Shown: positions 24,830 to 36,141 of the stretch, piece after piece
Numbering within the stretch: the first letter of the stretch is position 1
Layout of the letters: each line of letters starts with the position of its first letter
Assembly (NCBI RefSeq): GCF_000315625.1
Contig: NW_005434658.1
Location: 401,139 to 465,138 of the forward strand
Length of the DNA stretch: 64,000 nt
Origin: Guillardia theta CCMP2712
Taxonomy: Eukaryota > Protista > Cryptophyta
Reading direction: 5' to 3'
Notes under the pieces: model-generated
Databases searched by the model: none
The model's input: only the letters and a program-made list of their open reading frames with translations
Told to the model about the DNA's origin: nothing
Program-made: the position numbers and the translations under genes

Positions 24830-25500
24830 CGGAACTCTCTTTCAAGTCCCAGTGCCCCGGCCCGCCTCAGGCTCCTTTCCGTGTCGATCAGAATCACTGA
24901 CTGACGGATCGGATCGCCGAGTACGGTCACCGTGCCCGGCCACCGGGTGACTGCTGCCGGGCGGCCGGCCGGGCCGCGGCCGGCCCAGTACGCCGACGGT
25001 AGCCTAGCAGTACCCTACTGTCCGGCGCCGGACCCGGACGGTCACGATCGGACGGTCCGCCTCCGGGCCCGGGCGGTGAGGTGTGCCACCTTCAAGGCTT
25101 GACCGTTCAACCGTTTATTCGAAGTTGTCCAGGTATCCTTCGAAGCTTCAACCTGAGTCCGATCACAGCGAGCTGGCCGGTTGGGCCGCCGACACGGTGA
25201 GCCACCCGGAACGTTTACCGTAGCTTTCAAGTTTAGCCACTCAACTGGCAACCCCGGTAGTCACTGAGGTGAGTCCCCGGCGCCCTTTCCAAGTTCCGAA
25301 GTTCGTGACCGTGACCGTGCACGGCATGCCAGGGGGCGGCCCGCCGGCCGCCGGGTCAGTGAGATGTCGGACGGACGGCACCGGACGGTCCGCCGCGCGA
25401 TCAGAATGATCCCGGCGGCGCCGGAAGTCGCCGGAAACTTACTTAGTTACAGGCTAAGTTATCCGGATGATCCGAAGGGTCCCCTCCGGCGGCCTAACAC
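24830..25500. other. Large GC-rich island of short palindromes and micro-duplications
   Basis: ggatcggatc, cgtgaccgtgaccgtg, ccggccgggccgcggccggccc, repeated cggacggtc, aagtt/aactt words. Confidence 0.65.
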
Positions 25501-25713
25501 TGCTGAGTGCCGTGAAAGAGTTTTGGATGAATGTTTTGTGCTTCTGCAACATATCGTGGCAAGAAACTTGAAGCAAGTTATTCGCAATCTGTATTCTTGA
25601 TTGTTATACTCTCACATGGCAACCACTCAGATGGGTTCTGATTCCCATGTCTGAGATCTTGGTCTTATCTGCGACTCGCACGCTTCATCATGTTCTCAGC
25701 GAGAATCACGTTC

Positions 25714-26348
25714 TCAGCGATATGCTGCACGTGCATACTGACCAGCGAATTGCCCTTCATATCCATCCACTGTAAGGCTACTATCAGTCTCTGCCAACAT
25801 CCATTCATGTTGATTGCCTTGAACAGCCTCTCCAGGCTTTGCCGTCCCTGTCGCTACCTCCCCGTCCTGTGCTGGCACCTTGACACGAGCTCTCGTTACA
25901 CAGGAGGGTCTACAAGCAACAAGAACAGCACATACAGCGATAGGGATGTCGCTGTTGTTTGTTGTAGGCTGCGTGAAGTACTGCGCCGACTCCAGCTGCT
26001 GTCGTGCTCTCACCTGACGCCTGCCAGCTTGTCAGGAATGCATACATGAGCACAGATCATGACACAACCATCTCCGTATGTACCAAATCAACCCGATAAT
26101 CGAAAATACGGAAGTGGCGACCCCTGGAGAAGCAGCAGGCATCAGCCTGTGGGAGCGCAAAGGGCATACAAAACTGCTTACTTACCCAGGATGATGGACA
26201 TGTAGGGGGAGTCGAATGTGAAGGGACCATCTTCATCCCCGGAGGATGACGTGGTGCTACCACTGCTACTTCCAGCTGTGAACTTGGCTCCTCCTCCTCC
26301 TCCTCCTCCCTTTCCCCTCAACGTCAGCGTCTGCTCCAAGCCGTGCAT
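25714..26348 (-). CDS. Small single-pass membrane protein (spliced; missed by the ORF track)
   Basis: Spliced reading MHGLEQTLTLRGKGGGGGGG...DGPFTFDSPYMSIILG|VATSVFSIIGLIW|RQVRARQQLESAQ... with canonical GT-AG introns. The TM segment is followed by basic residues. Both ends uncertain. Confidence 0.5.
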
Positions 26349-26989
26349 CGTTGAATCTGGTGACTAATGTGTACAATTTTATCGAGGAAAAAAAAAGAAT
26401 TTGAAAGTTGGTGTTGCAATGTCGTCCCGTGGTTCTAATTTCAAATTGATACATATTTTTTCATGAAATAATTGAATTTCCAAATTCTCAACAAGAGGAA
26501 CGATCAGGCTTCTTCTGGGTGGGGTAGGAAGACTAGGGGGTAATAAGAGGTAAAATCAGGGGGTAGGGGTTCATATCTTTGGCCTCTATACGGGTTGCCA
26601 GCAGCGACCGCTGTTGCCTGATTTGATTTGACCACAACAAATTATGACCACGGGTCAAAACATAGTGCCCTTCAACTTGTGTGTCCTCGTACTGATTTTT
26701 AACTTAATTTTGAGTAAAGATTCACAATTGAGTCAAGTTCCCGGCTGGCCCATGATAATTCAACTGAGTAACCTCCTCGACTCTAAAACCCTAACCGTCC
26801 GTCCGAACAGCCTGGGCCTGACTCAAGTTTCACGGTCCGGGCCTCGCACTGATTTTTAACTTAACTTTCAGTTTGCCGCCGCGCTGCCAGCCTGTGCCAT
26901 GGCACTGGCAGTGGCCTGAGTGCCGGCCCGGGTCCCGGGTACGGTCCCGCCGGCAGCCTCGCCTCGAGTCACTGACTCGTGAGTCGGGC

Positions 26990-27140
26990 CGCGGCCAAGG
27001 AGTGGGGGGGCAGCAGCATATGCGAGCACGAGCGGCAGCGATCGCAATGCAAGGACTGCGGGGGCCGCGCAGCAGCATATGCGAGCACGGGCCGGGCCGG
27101 GCAGCGATCGCAATGCAAGGACTGCGCGGCGGAAGAGGGA
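26990..27140 (+). pseudogene. Degenerate 54-nt repeat encoding a CxxCGGSSICEHxRQRSQ Cys/His (zinc-binding-type) motif
   Basis: Copy 1 KEWGGSSICEHERQRSQ intact apart from C>W. Copy 2 is interrupted by GC-rich insertions. A partial third copy (CKDC) follows. No start codon; flanked by GC islands. Confidence 0.65.
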
Positions 27141-27864
27141 GCAGAAGCGAGGAGCCGAGCACACTACACCAGCACAGACTACTACAACCACACGCTTGCC
27201 TTGCTGTCGTCAGGGCCTTATTCTAGCTTCCAGAAGAGAGTAAGCCGTGCTCGCCGGTCACCGGAAAGTCTCCGACTGGCGACGATCTGATTGCCTCAGC
27301 CTACGCCGGGGGAACGGTTGGGAGCCTCGGAGGTGGGGGAGGTGGGGGGATTGGTCCGAGTCTGAGATCATGCGGGCGCGGGTGACTCAGGGAGTGTGAC
27401 TGGAGGTGGGGAGCCCGGCTGGGAAACTTCAAGGCTTGCAAGCTTGCATGCTGCCAGGATGCGATATGGCTGCTCCTCTCCAAGATGACCAGGTCGACGA
27501 GGAAACGTCTTGTGCACCGAACCGCCCGTCGGCTCCTCAAGAGTCCGTAGAGCATCAACTACCTATGAAGGACGAGTCGCTGAGCTAACTGGCACAGCGG
27601 CAAGCCTACGGGCCGGGCCCCGGCGGCCGCGCAGTGGCCGCCGCCGGTGGCACCGCCGGGGCACTCAGGCGGATCCGATGATCGCCGCCGGGATCGGATG
27701 CCAGTAACTGAGTGGCACGGGTTCCGAAACTTCATTCCGAGTTCGGGTGACGCCGGGCCGCCCCCGCGAGGCTGCTCGGGCGGCCGCGGACTTGGAGTTC
27801 TGGAGCCTCTATTTGGAGTTTAACGATATGATACAGTATGTTGCAACATGGTGTTATCGCCAAG

Positions 27865-27917
27865 GCAACATCGTCTGTCAGTAGACATCGCTGGTGCCTA
27901 CTGACAGACGATGTTGC
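27865..27917. repeat. Perfect 20-bp inverted repeat with 13-nt loop overlapping a stop codon
   Basis: gcaacatcgtctgtcagtag (27865-27884) / ctactgacagacgatgttgc (27898-27917). Confidence 0.95.
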
Positions 27918-30805
27918 GGAACGTTATGTACTGCTTGTGAAAGTACTTCTTGACTTCAAAGATATCTTCCGTTGTCACCTGTGTGTCTGTTCAGAGCTCT
28001 TCTCTCTCTGCCTTCCTGCCTCCCTGCCTCCCTGCCTCCATAGCCACCCTATTATTTCGTTCTTTCCCTTTCGATTTCCGACTCTGTCACACCTCCCTGA
28101 AGTTTCAATGACCCCGTCGTATCCCTCCCTCCTCTCACTTTCACTCGTCCTGTCGACTTGCATGGAGCTCTTACCTGGATCTCACAAATGTGCTTTATCA
28201 ACCCTGGAGTCTCTTTCCATCGACAAACAGGAACGACCTCCAAACCTCTCGGGAAGTCCTTCAATTTCCATCCCATCTGAGACAAACTTCACACCCTTGA
28301 ATTGAGCCCACACTGATCGCACCTCTACGTTGACGCAGAGATCGCGATAGCCTGCGCTCTCGCGCGCGTCATACTTTGGATCAAACCTGTCGAGGACTGT
28401 CAATTGCGCGCTCAGCCTCTGGACTCCTCACCGATTCTTGATGCTTGTGATGTTGAAAAGTTTCTTCGTGTCCCCCTGCCACCAGATATCACGTACAGCA
28501 ATCGAACCCGACATTGCAGTATCTCAACAAGCTCCCTTACCTCTTCTTCCTCCTCCTTCTCGTCAACAACTCCATTTCGACCAATCGTGCTGCAGTCGAG
28601 CAGTCTTTGCAGCCACGAGTTGAGCTCCGACATGCTCTTCACTATCACGGTAGAGCGCACAAGGTCTGTGAGGTAGGAAGGGTCCCTGCCGTAGGAACGA
28701 ACTACCTTCTGCATTGCTCTCGAGATCTTTTTTAGTCTACCCTCGTGAACGAATCCAACAACATTCCAGCTCTTGATGAACATCTGGAAGAAGGGGCTGA
28801 TCAGCTGTGCCTTCTCGTACATGCTCTCGATGTCCTGCGAGGACTGCAAAATTTTCCCTTTGCTCGAGAAGCGCTGTCTCTGCACCTTGTGCCGATGCCA
28901 TGAGGGGCGAAACTTCTTTGCTGCCTTGAAAATCATCTGGAGCCTGGCTGACACTCGGCGCGACTTGGATGCCAGATCATCGATCATCTCCCTCTCTGCT
29001 TTCAATGCGCTTCTCCAGACCTCCTCTATCTTTGTGGTCTCAAGAGCCATGCCTCCATGAGCTTGCTTCAGCATCTTCTGATACCGTATCAGGATAAGAG
29101 GAACTAGAGTAATGATTATCCCCCCGTAAACGCGAAAGAAGGTCTTGGCCCAAACGCTCCAGCTGCTGTTCAAAGACATTGTGTAGAAGATGTATCCACC
29201 TTGAGCCAGGTACACAATGACCCAGATGTACCTCTGTACAAGATGGCCCGACAAGAACACACATAACACAGAGAAGGATGCGGTAAGACTGAATCTACCA
29301 TTGCACGCGCTGCCGATTCCTCCACCTGCATACTTGCATTGCACGTAGTCGCTGATCCCTGACGTCAAGTACAGCATTGCTCCCAGAAAAACTATTAAGG
29401 AGATGAGCCTCTTAGCTAGCAGAGGACTTTCCCTTAGCGCCAAGTACATGCTCAGAGGCACCCCAACGGCCCACATGACGTTGATGGCAGGATCAAGGAC
29501 TCGGGTGATTCGTAGCGTCTTAGGGATGTAAGGCTTTCTCTCGTCAGGCTGGTACACCCACCTTGCGTCCGAGAACAGGTGGGCGAGCTGAAAGTATGCA
29601 AAGGAGGCATAGAGGCTACTTAGACCGAGCATGGCCAACTGAGTCGGGAGCTTCAGTATGCCGGTCTCGATGCAGTTGGTGGTCATCATGGCAAGGATCC
29701 CATCGGCCTCTATGTCCTTGTACCGGTAGAGCTGCTCCTTCAGGGGCCTCAGCCGCTTGTCGTGGGAGAGGGTGACGTGTGCTTCCCCTAGTTTCTGTGT
29801 GATGCTTTCATCCAGACACATTGCCTCCATCGCTGTTGCCGCACGCAGCAAGCAGCAGCCTGCCCTCGCATTACAGCGCCGACATCTGCTTGGGGTCGCC
29901 TCGGAGGGACATTGTTGATGGCTGAATGCCGACAGGCTCTCGAGTATCGAGCCCTTGAAACCATGCTTCTCAAGGATGTCAGAAACTGCGCCTCCGCAGC
30001 AGGTGTGCTTCAAGTACCTTTCCACTACCCTCTTCACATACTTTCCAAACGTCACTGGCAGTCGATCCTTGACCATGCATGCACACGCGAAGGCATCTTC
30101 ATCCCTTGACTTGTGCTCCACAAGACAGGGTTCTTCAAACACACAGCATGACGTATAAAAGATTGTCATCCCCCCAATGCCATCCCCTCCATACAGGATC
30201 GCTCTGACCGTATCCTTGATCGACCACCGCTGAAGTCTTTCAAAGATCTCCGGGTACTCGCCTGCTCCTATGAGGCTCAACTCCCTTGCTGCTGACTTGC
30301 ATGTCTTCAGCGAGGCTCCGAGGCTCAATCCCTCCATCGCCTGCCTTGATAGAAGCCATCTACTCCCCTCTGACACGACCACAGGCACTACTGCCCTTAT
30401 CTGCGAAAGCTTGCGATCATCCCTGTAGATCAGGTACAAGGCAACAAGCAGCTCTGCGAGGAACTTGTCCTGCCTGTCCTGGTCCTCCTCAGGTCGGACC
30501 CTTGCAAGCTCTTCCAAAGTCTGTCGCCCGCCCAGGTGCTGAAATATCGGAACAAATACGAGAGATTTCGCAAGCTCACGGGCCCAGCCAGACTCCTTGC
30601 CAACCCATGCATCTCGCGCGTTTTTGCTGCAATCTCTGCAGGCCAGGCAATCCCAGGAAGCCATCAGCTCCGCTTGAAACAGCTTGATGTACCGGTAGGC
30701 TGCTGGCTCCAAATCATGTAGAGTATCCCTGAGCTCAAACGTGCACCCGCTCCCCCAGTAGACGATGCGGAGATGGTTTGAGCAAGGAGTTTCGTCATTC
30801 CCCAT
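27898..30805 (-). CDS. TIR-like domain + ~6 TM helices + RelA/SpoT-synthetase-like nucleotidyltransferase domain
   Basis: N-term: LAKSLVFVPIF...QDKFLAELLVAL...IRAVVPVVV. Six hydrophobic segments. C-term after splicing: GRLKKISRAMQKVVRSY, LTDLVRSTVI, IKNRF, AGYRDLCVN, HICEIQV, H..Y..FRN. Stop at 27898. Confidence 0.7.
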
Positions 30806-31169
30806 GGCTCGGACCACTGCAATTTAGCAACGACCGAACTTTCCGAGATGCGATTCAGAGTACCCTTGCTTGGGCGTGAGGGGATTAAATATCATAGATC
30901 GAGATTTTGAGGAGGAGAGAGAGTGCTACACTGCACTTGTTTCTCTTCCTCTGCTCTCCGCTCTCCGCTCTTGATCTCGAGCTCTGCTTCGCTGCGTTTC
31001 TACCCCCACATGTCGTCAGTTCGCCATCTTCGCCTCAACAAATCCGAGCAAAACAACGTCCATGTCCAAGAACTCTACAAAAAAATTCAATTTGAGTATG
31101 TAAAATAGAACCAATCGATGAAATTTCAATGACAAAGATTGAATTTGAAATAAGTTCAAAGGCTTGTTA

Positions 31170-31500
31170 ACTTCCACTCGAGGGTCAGTCTGAGGCGGGC
31201 CTGTCACGAACTGTTCCGCCAGCCTGGCAGCCCGGCCCCGACCGCCGCGGGCCTCACGGCGGTCGCTCACGGCGGTCGCGCGCTTCGGTTTTATTTTCCG
31301 AAGTTCGTTATTTCGGCTTTATTTCAGGCTTCGGACTCTCCACACTTTGATTCAGGCTAATCCTTTCAAGTAGCACGGTCAGCCTGATAATCGCACGACC
31401 CGGGCCTGCGAGGCCCGGGCTCCGAGTCGGACACCGGCGGGCCCGGCCGCGCCTCGCCCGGTACGCGCCCCGGCGGGTTCAGTTGAAGAATCCCGGCAAT
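31170..31500. other. GC-rich intergenic island with micro-duplications
   Basis: ctcacggcggtcg x2, cccgggcctgcgaggcccggg, ccgaagttcg. Lies between the TIR-like gene 5' end and the GlnRS 3' end. Confidence 0.6.
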
Positions 31501-31510
31501 AGCTCAATGG

Positions 31511-32690
31511 CTATCCGATGGGGCAGCTCTTGAGGGTCTTGCAGGACAGCGTCCCCTCCTTACACTTGGCCATGGCTGAGGGAGAAGGATGAGAGGAGGT
31601 GGAGGAAGAGGAGAGGGTGAGGTGAAGCAGGGGTGAGGTGAAGCAGCTCAAGCTTACCGTCCTTGTAAGTGGCTACTCCCTCCGCGTTGAGCTTGAGGTC
31701 CGGAGCCACGTTGGGCCAGACCTTCTGCTGGGCCTGGGAAGAGTCAGGCACCTTGAACAGCTTCTCCCTCCCCTCCCCTCCCCTCCCCTCCTCTTATTCC
31801 ACCACCACCACCAACACCACCAACACCTCCTCCTCCTCTTCCTCCTCCTCCTCCTCCTCCTCCTCTGCTGTACTGCCCTCCTCCCCTGTCCTGCTTCCTG
31901 CTTCCTGCTTCCTGCTCCTCACCTTAGACTTTAGGACTTCATCGGGCTGAGGCTCTCCGAACCTGCGGTAAGAAGAGGGACAGCAGACGGTGAGCGGGGA
32001 GGGCGCGAGACTGACGTCTTACCCTTCGAAGGTGATACGCTGACCCACAGCCGCTCCTGCAGGAGGCTCGAGGAGCTGCATGGGATCTTGAGAAGAGAAG
32101 GAGGAGCAGGAACAGAGGAGCATGTATGAGAAGAGCAGGAGGAGAGGAGGATACCTGAACGAGCCCCTGCGAGTCGTCGGAGCCGCAGAGCACCATACCC
32201 TCGGAGACGATGCCTCTCATCTTGGCTGGCTTGAGATTGCAGAGGACAATGCACAGACGATCCTGTTGCAGTCTCGTCAGAGGGAAGTAGGACTCGTAGA
32301 GTACGCGAGCATGTCGAGGGGAGACGAGGGGAGGGGGGTTGGGAGGATAATGGAGGAGGAGGAGGAGGAGGAGGAGTTAGGTACGAGGAGGGGGAAGAGA
32401 AGGTTCAAGGAGCAGGAGATGAAGGCTAACAGAAGGAAGGAAGGGCAGAGTTAACCTGCATCTCCTCCAAGGGGATGTGCTTTGCTAGCCCGCTGCAGCA
32501 AGGTTCATCCTCCTGCACCTCCAACCTCCTCCTCGCTCGCTACCTCACGATCGTTCGCGGTCCGGTCTCATCCCCCACATCGATGCTCTCCACGTAGAGG
32601 GCGTCAGCATCGGGATGCTTCTCTGCCTTCACGATCTGTGAAGCCCCTTAGAAGATGCAAGAAGCGAAGCGGAAGACTCTATTCTCCTTG

Positions 32691-32743
<53 letters not shown>

Positions 32744-35700
32744 GTATCCCCTTCATCCCTCCTCCCTCTCCCCCTTCCAACATTTGCGGGCTCCTCTCCA
32801 CACCTGTATCGTCACTTACCCTCCCCTTCCTGCTTTTCCCCTCTCCTCTCCAATTCTCCCTTCTTCGCCCCTGGCATCCTCTTCGTCCCCCTCCACCCCT
32901 TCGTTACCTTTCCAACGCGGATGTCCAAACGTCTCACGTCCTCCAGATCGGCTGCTGCCGCCGCCGCTGCTGGTGGCTGCGCTTGCTGCTGCGGCTTCGA
33001 GTGCATCAGCATCGACGTGAGGGAGGAAGGGGCATACCTTGCTGTCAGCAGCAGGAGCAGAGGAAGAGGAGGAGGAGGAGGCCCAGTTGTCGCGGAGGGT
33101 GACGACCCTGTTGAACACCAGCGAGCCGGGCTTGCTGTCCTCTGTGTCCGTGACAAAGTAGCCCATCCGTTCGAACTGGAAGTGCTTTCCTGCCTCACAG
33201 TCCTTCACGGAAGGCTCGACGAAGGCTCCCTTCATGATCTTAAGCGAGTCAGGGTTCAAGTCCTTGAGAAAGTCTCCATCCTCGTGCTCCTTCCCTGGAG
33301 CAGCAGCGTTGAACAGCCGATCGTACACCCTCACCTGAATCCAGTCAGCTCCCGTCTCCTCCTCCCCGCCCCTTTCCTTCCTTGTTCCTCTCCTTATCTT
33401 CTGCTCCTACTTATCCTCTTCCCCGCACCTCCTGCTCCTGCTCTTTGCCTGCTCCTCCCCTTCCCCCCCGCTCTCCTCGCTCTCATCCTCCTCCTCTTTG
33501 CCTCCTGCTCGTACCTCACAGGGGATCGCAGACTCCTGTGAGACCCAGTGTATGATCCCCTTGACCTTCTTCATCCCCTCAGGCGTAGCTCCAGCTCTCG
33601 TGTCCGGGTTGTACGTGCAGCGCAGTTCCACCACCTTCCCCTCCTTGTCCTTGACGACCTCGTTGCAAGTGACCACGTAGGCAAACCTGAGCCTCACATC
33701 GCCCCCGGGGGTCAGCCTGAAGTAGCCCTTGGGGGGATTTTCGTTGAAGTCCTCCCTCTCGATGTACAGGGAGCCACTGAAGGGGAGCTGCCGGATCCCG
33801 AGCTCGGGCCTCTTGGGGTGCGAGTCGACCTCGAACATCTCTACCTTCCCCTCCGGCCAGTTGGTGATGGTCAGCTTGACAGGATCCAGCACGCCGAACA
33901 CCCGAGGGGCATCGTCCTCCAGCACCTCCCGAGCACAGTCCTCGAGCACGGACATGTCGATGTTGTTGTCGGCCTTGCTGATTCCGATCCTCTCGCAGAA
34001 GAGCCGGAGGGCCTCGGGAGTGTATCCCCTCCTCCTGATGCCGGAGATCGTCGGCATCCTGGGGTCCGACCAGCCATGCACGTGCTTTCCTTCCACCAGC
34101 TGGATCAGCTTCCTCTTGGAGAGCACGGTGTACTGGAGGTTGAGGCGCGAGAACTCGGTCTGCTGGGGGGGAACGCCCTTCGACAGGCACTCGATCAGTC
34201 CGGAGTCCCTCAGCTCGTCGAGCACCCAATCGTACAGGGGGCGATGGTCCTCGAACTCTAGAGTGCAGAGCGAGTGCGTGATGCCCTCGACAGCATCGGA
34301 AATGCAGTGGGCGAAGTCGTACATGGGGTAGATACACCACTTATCCCCAGTCATCACGTGCGTGGCCTTCCTGATGCGGTACAGCGTCGGGTCCCGCATG
34401 TTGATGTTCGGGCTGGCCATGTCGATCTTGGCACGGACCACGTACTTGCCGTCCTCGAACTCCCCGTTCCTCATCCTTGTGAACAGGTCCAGGCTCTCTT
34501 CTACAGGCCTGTTCCTGAACGGAGACTCTTTCCCAGGCTCAGTCAGCGTCCCACGGTACTGCCGGATCTCTTCTGCCGTCAGCTCCTCCACGTACGCCTT
34601 CCCCTTCTTGATCAGATGAATTGCCGCCTCATAGAAGGTCTCGAAGTAGTCCGAGGCATACCTCGTGTTGCCATCCCACGGATCCGCACTGTCCACAGAC
34701 CCGCCGACCAGCCATCGCACGTCCTTGAGGATGGACCGCACGTACTCCTCGTCCTCCTTCACTGGGTTGGTATCGTCGAACCTCATGTTCGTCCGCCCCC
34801 CGTACTCCTTCGCCACGCCGAAGTTGAGGCAGATTGACTTGGCATGGCCGATGTGGAGGTAGCCGTTGGGCTCAGGGGGGAAGCGCGTGCGCACGAGGCT
34901 GTGCTTCTTCTCTGCGAGGTCCCTCTCTATCATGTTGGAGATGAAGTGCTTTCGGAAGCTCCCAGCAGACGCCTCCTCCGCAGGAGCTGGCTTCGGAGCC
35001 GCCACGGTGCTCTCGGGGGCCTTAGCGGCGGGGGCCTTCTCCTCCTTGTGTCCCGTGACGGGTGGAGCAGGAGTCGTGCTCTTGACGGGAGAGGGAGTGG
35101 AGGAGCTGGAGTAAAATCCCCTCCTCCACACTCCTCGATCATCGTAGCACCCTCGCTGCCAAACGACGTCGTCCTGCTGCTGGCGAGGTAAGGAACGACC
35201 GCAAGAGCAGAGGGGGACATAACACCTGCATCCTGAGAGCGCTGAGCCGGATTGATCTCGTTGAAACCAGCGGCATTCTGAGCGAGCAGGTGACGAACAA
35301 GGTTGAAGGGGGGGAGGGGGGGGGGCAAGAGGAGGAGGAGGAGGAGTGTTCTGTTTCACCTGAAGATGTTGCCCTCCGAGCTTCTTTCCGTCCTCTTCAG
35401 AGGGATCTGACAGGCACGAGAGTCAGCGATCGCATGATTCATGCACTGCAGGACGATGATGTCGGGAGTGAGATATTACATTCGATCTCAAACCGTTGTA
35501 GGCGTTGAACGCAAAGGCAAAACCAGTTGAACGCACCCTGAAACTCCATACGTGAGCGGCCAAAGGAACAAGATCGTACTGTTGTGATGATCAAGGAATA
35601 TGGTGCGAGGAGGGTAGAGGTGAAGGTTCAGCATAACAAGAACATGAAGATGTTCAAAGGCAGGTCAAGAAGATCCTCGACACACAAACACTTCATCTGA

Positions 35701-35903
35701 CAGCAAGCACGCTGAAATCGGATTCTTCCCAGCGCCCAGCATGCAACTGGCGCGTTCACTCTGAAGGACATGCAAGGCGAGCTCGGGAGACATGGTTTGG
35801 GACGGTTCGACCTTCCGCTCTGTCTCTGCATGCTGCTCATGATCGGCGAGGCTGTCGCTGCTGCCGTCGCTATGAGAGCCATGGCGGTCCGGAGCGCTAC
35901 CAT
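31511..35903 (-). CDS. glnS: Bacterial-type glutaminyl-tRNA synthetase with N-terminal targeting leader and C-terminal EMAPII/Trbp-like tRNA-binding OB domain
   Basis: [65 protein letters not shown], then LDIRVGK.IV...[34 protein letters not shown]. 5' exons (ATG 35903) are tentative. Confidence 0.92.
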
Positions 35904-36141
35904 GCGGCCGCCTACCGCCTTTATGGGTGGAGCAGTAGGGGTGCGGGGGTAGATACGAACTTCATGAGTTCGGTACTGATCGGAGGGTAGGGGTAGTCTG
36001 ATCACCGGTGGTAAGGAAGGTCAAAATGAGGGATGGGGGTAGTTTAGCGCAGTGTAGTGGTAGTGAGTTTGAGCCTGCCTCAGAGTCCGCCTCAGAGCAA
36101 GGTGGTATGTCATTGAGGGGATGTGGTCCAGTCTTTGTGCG

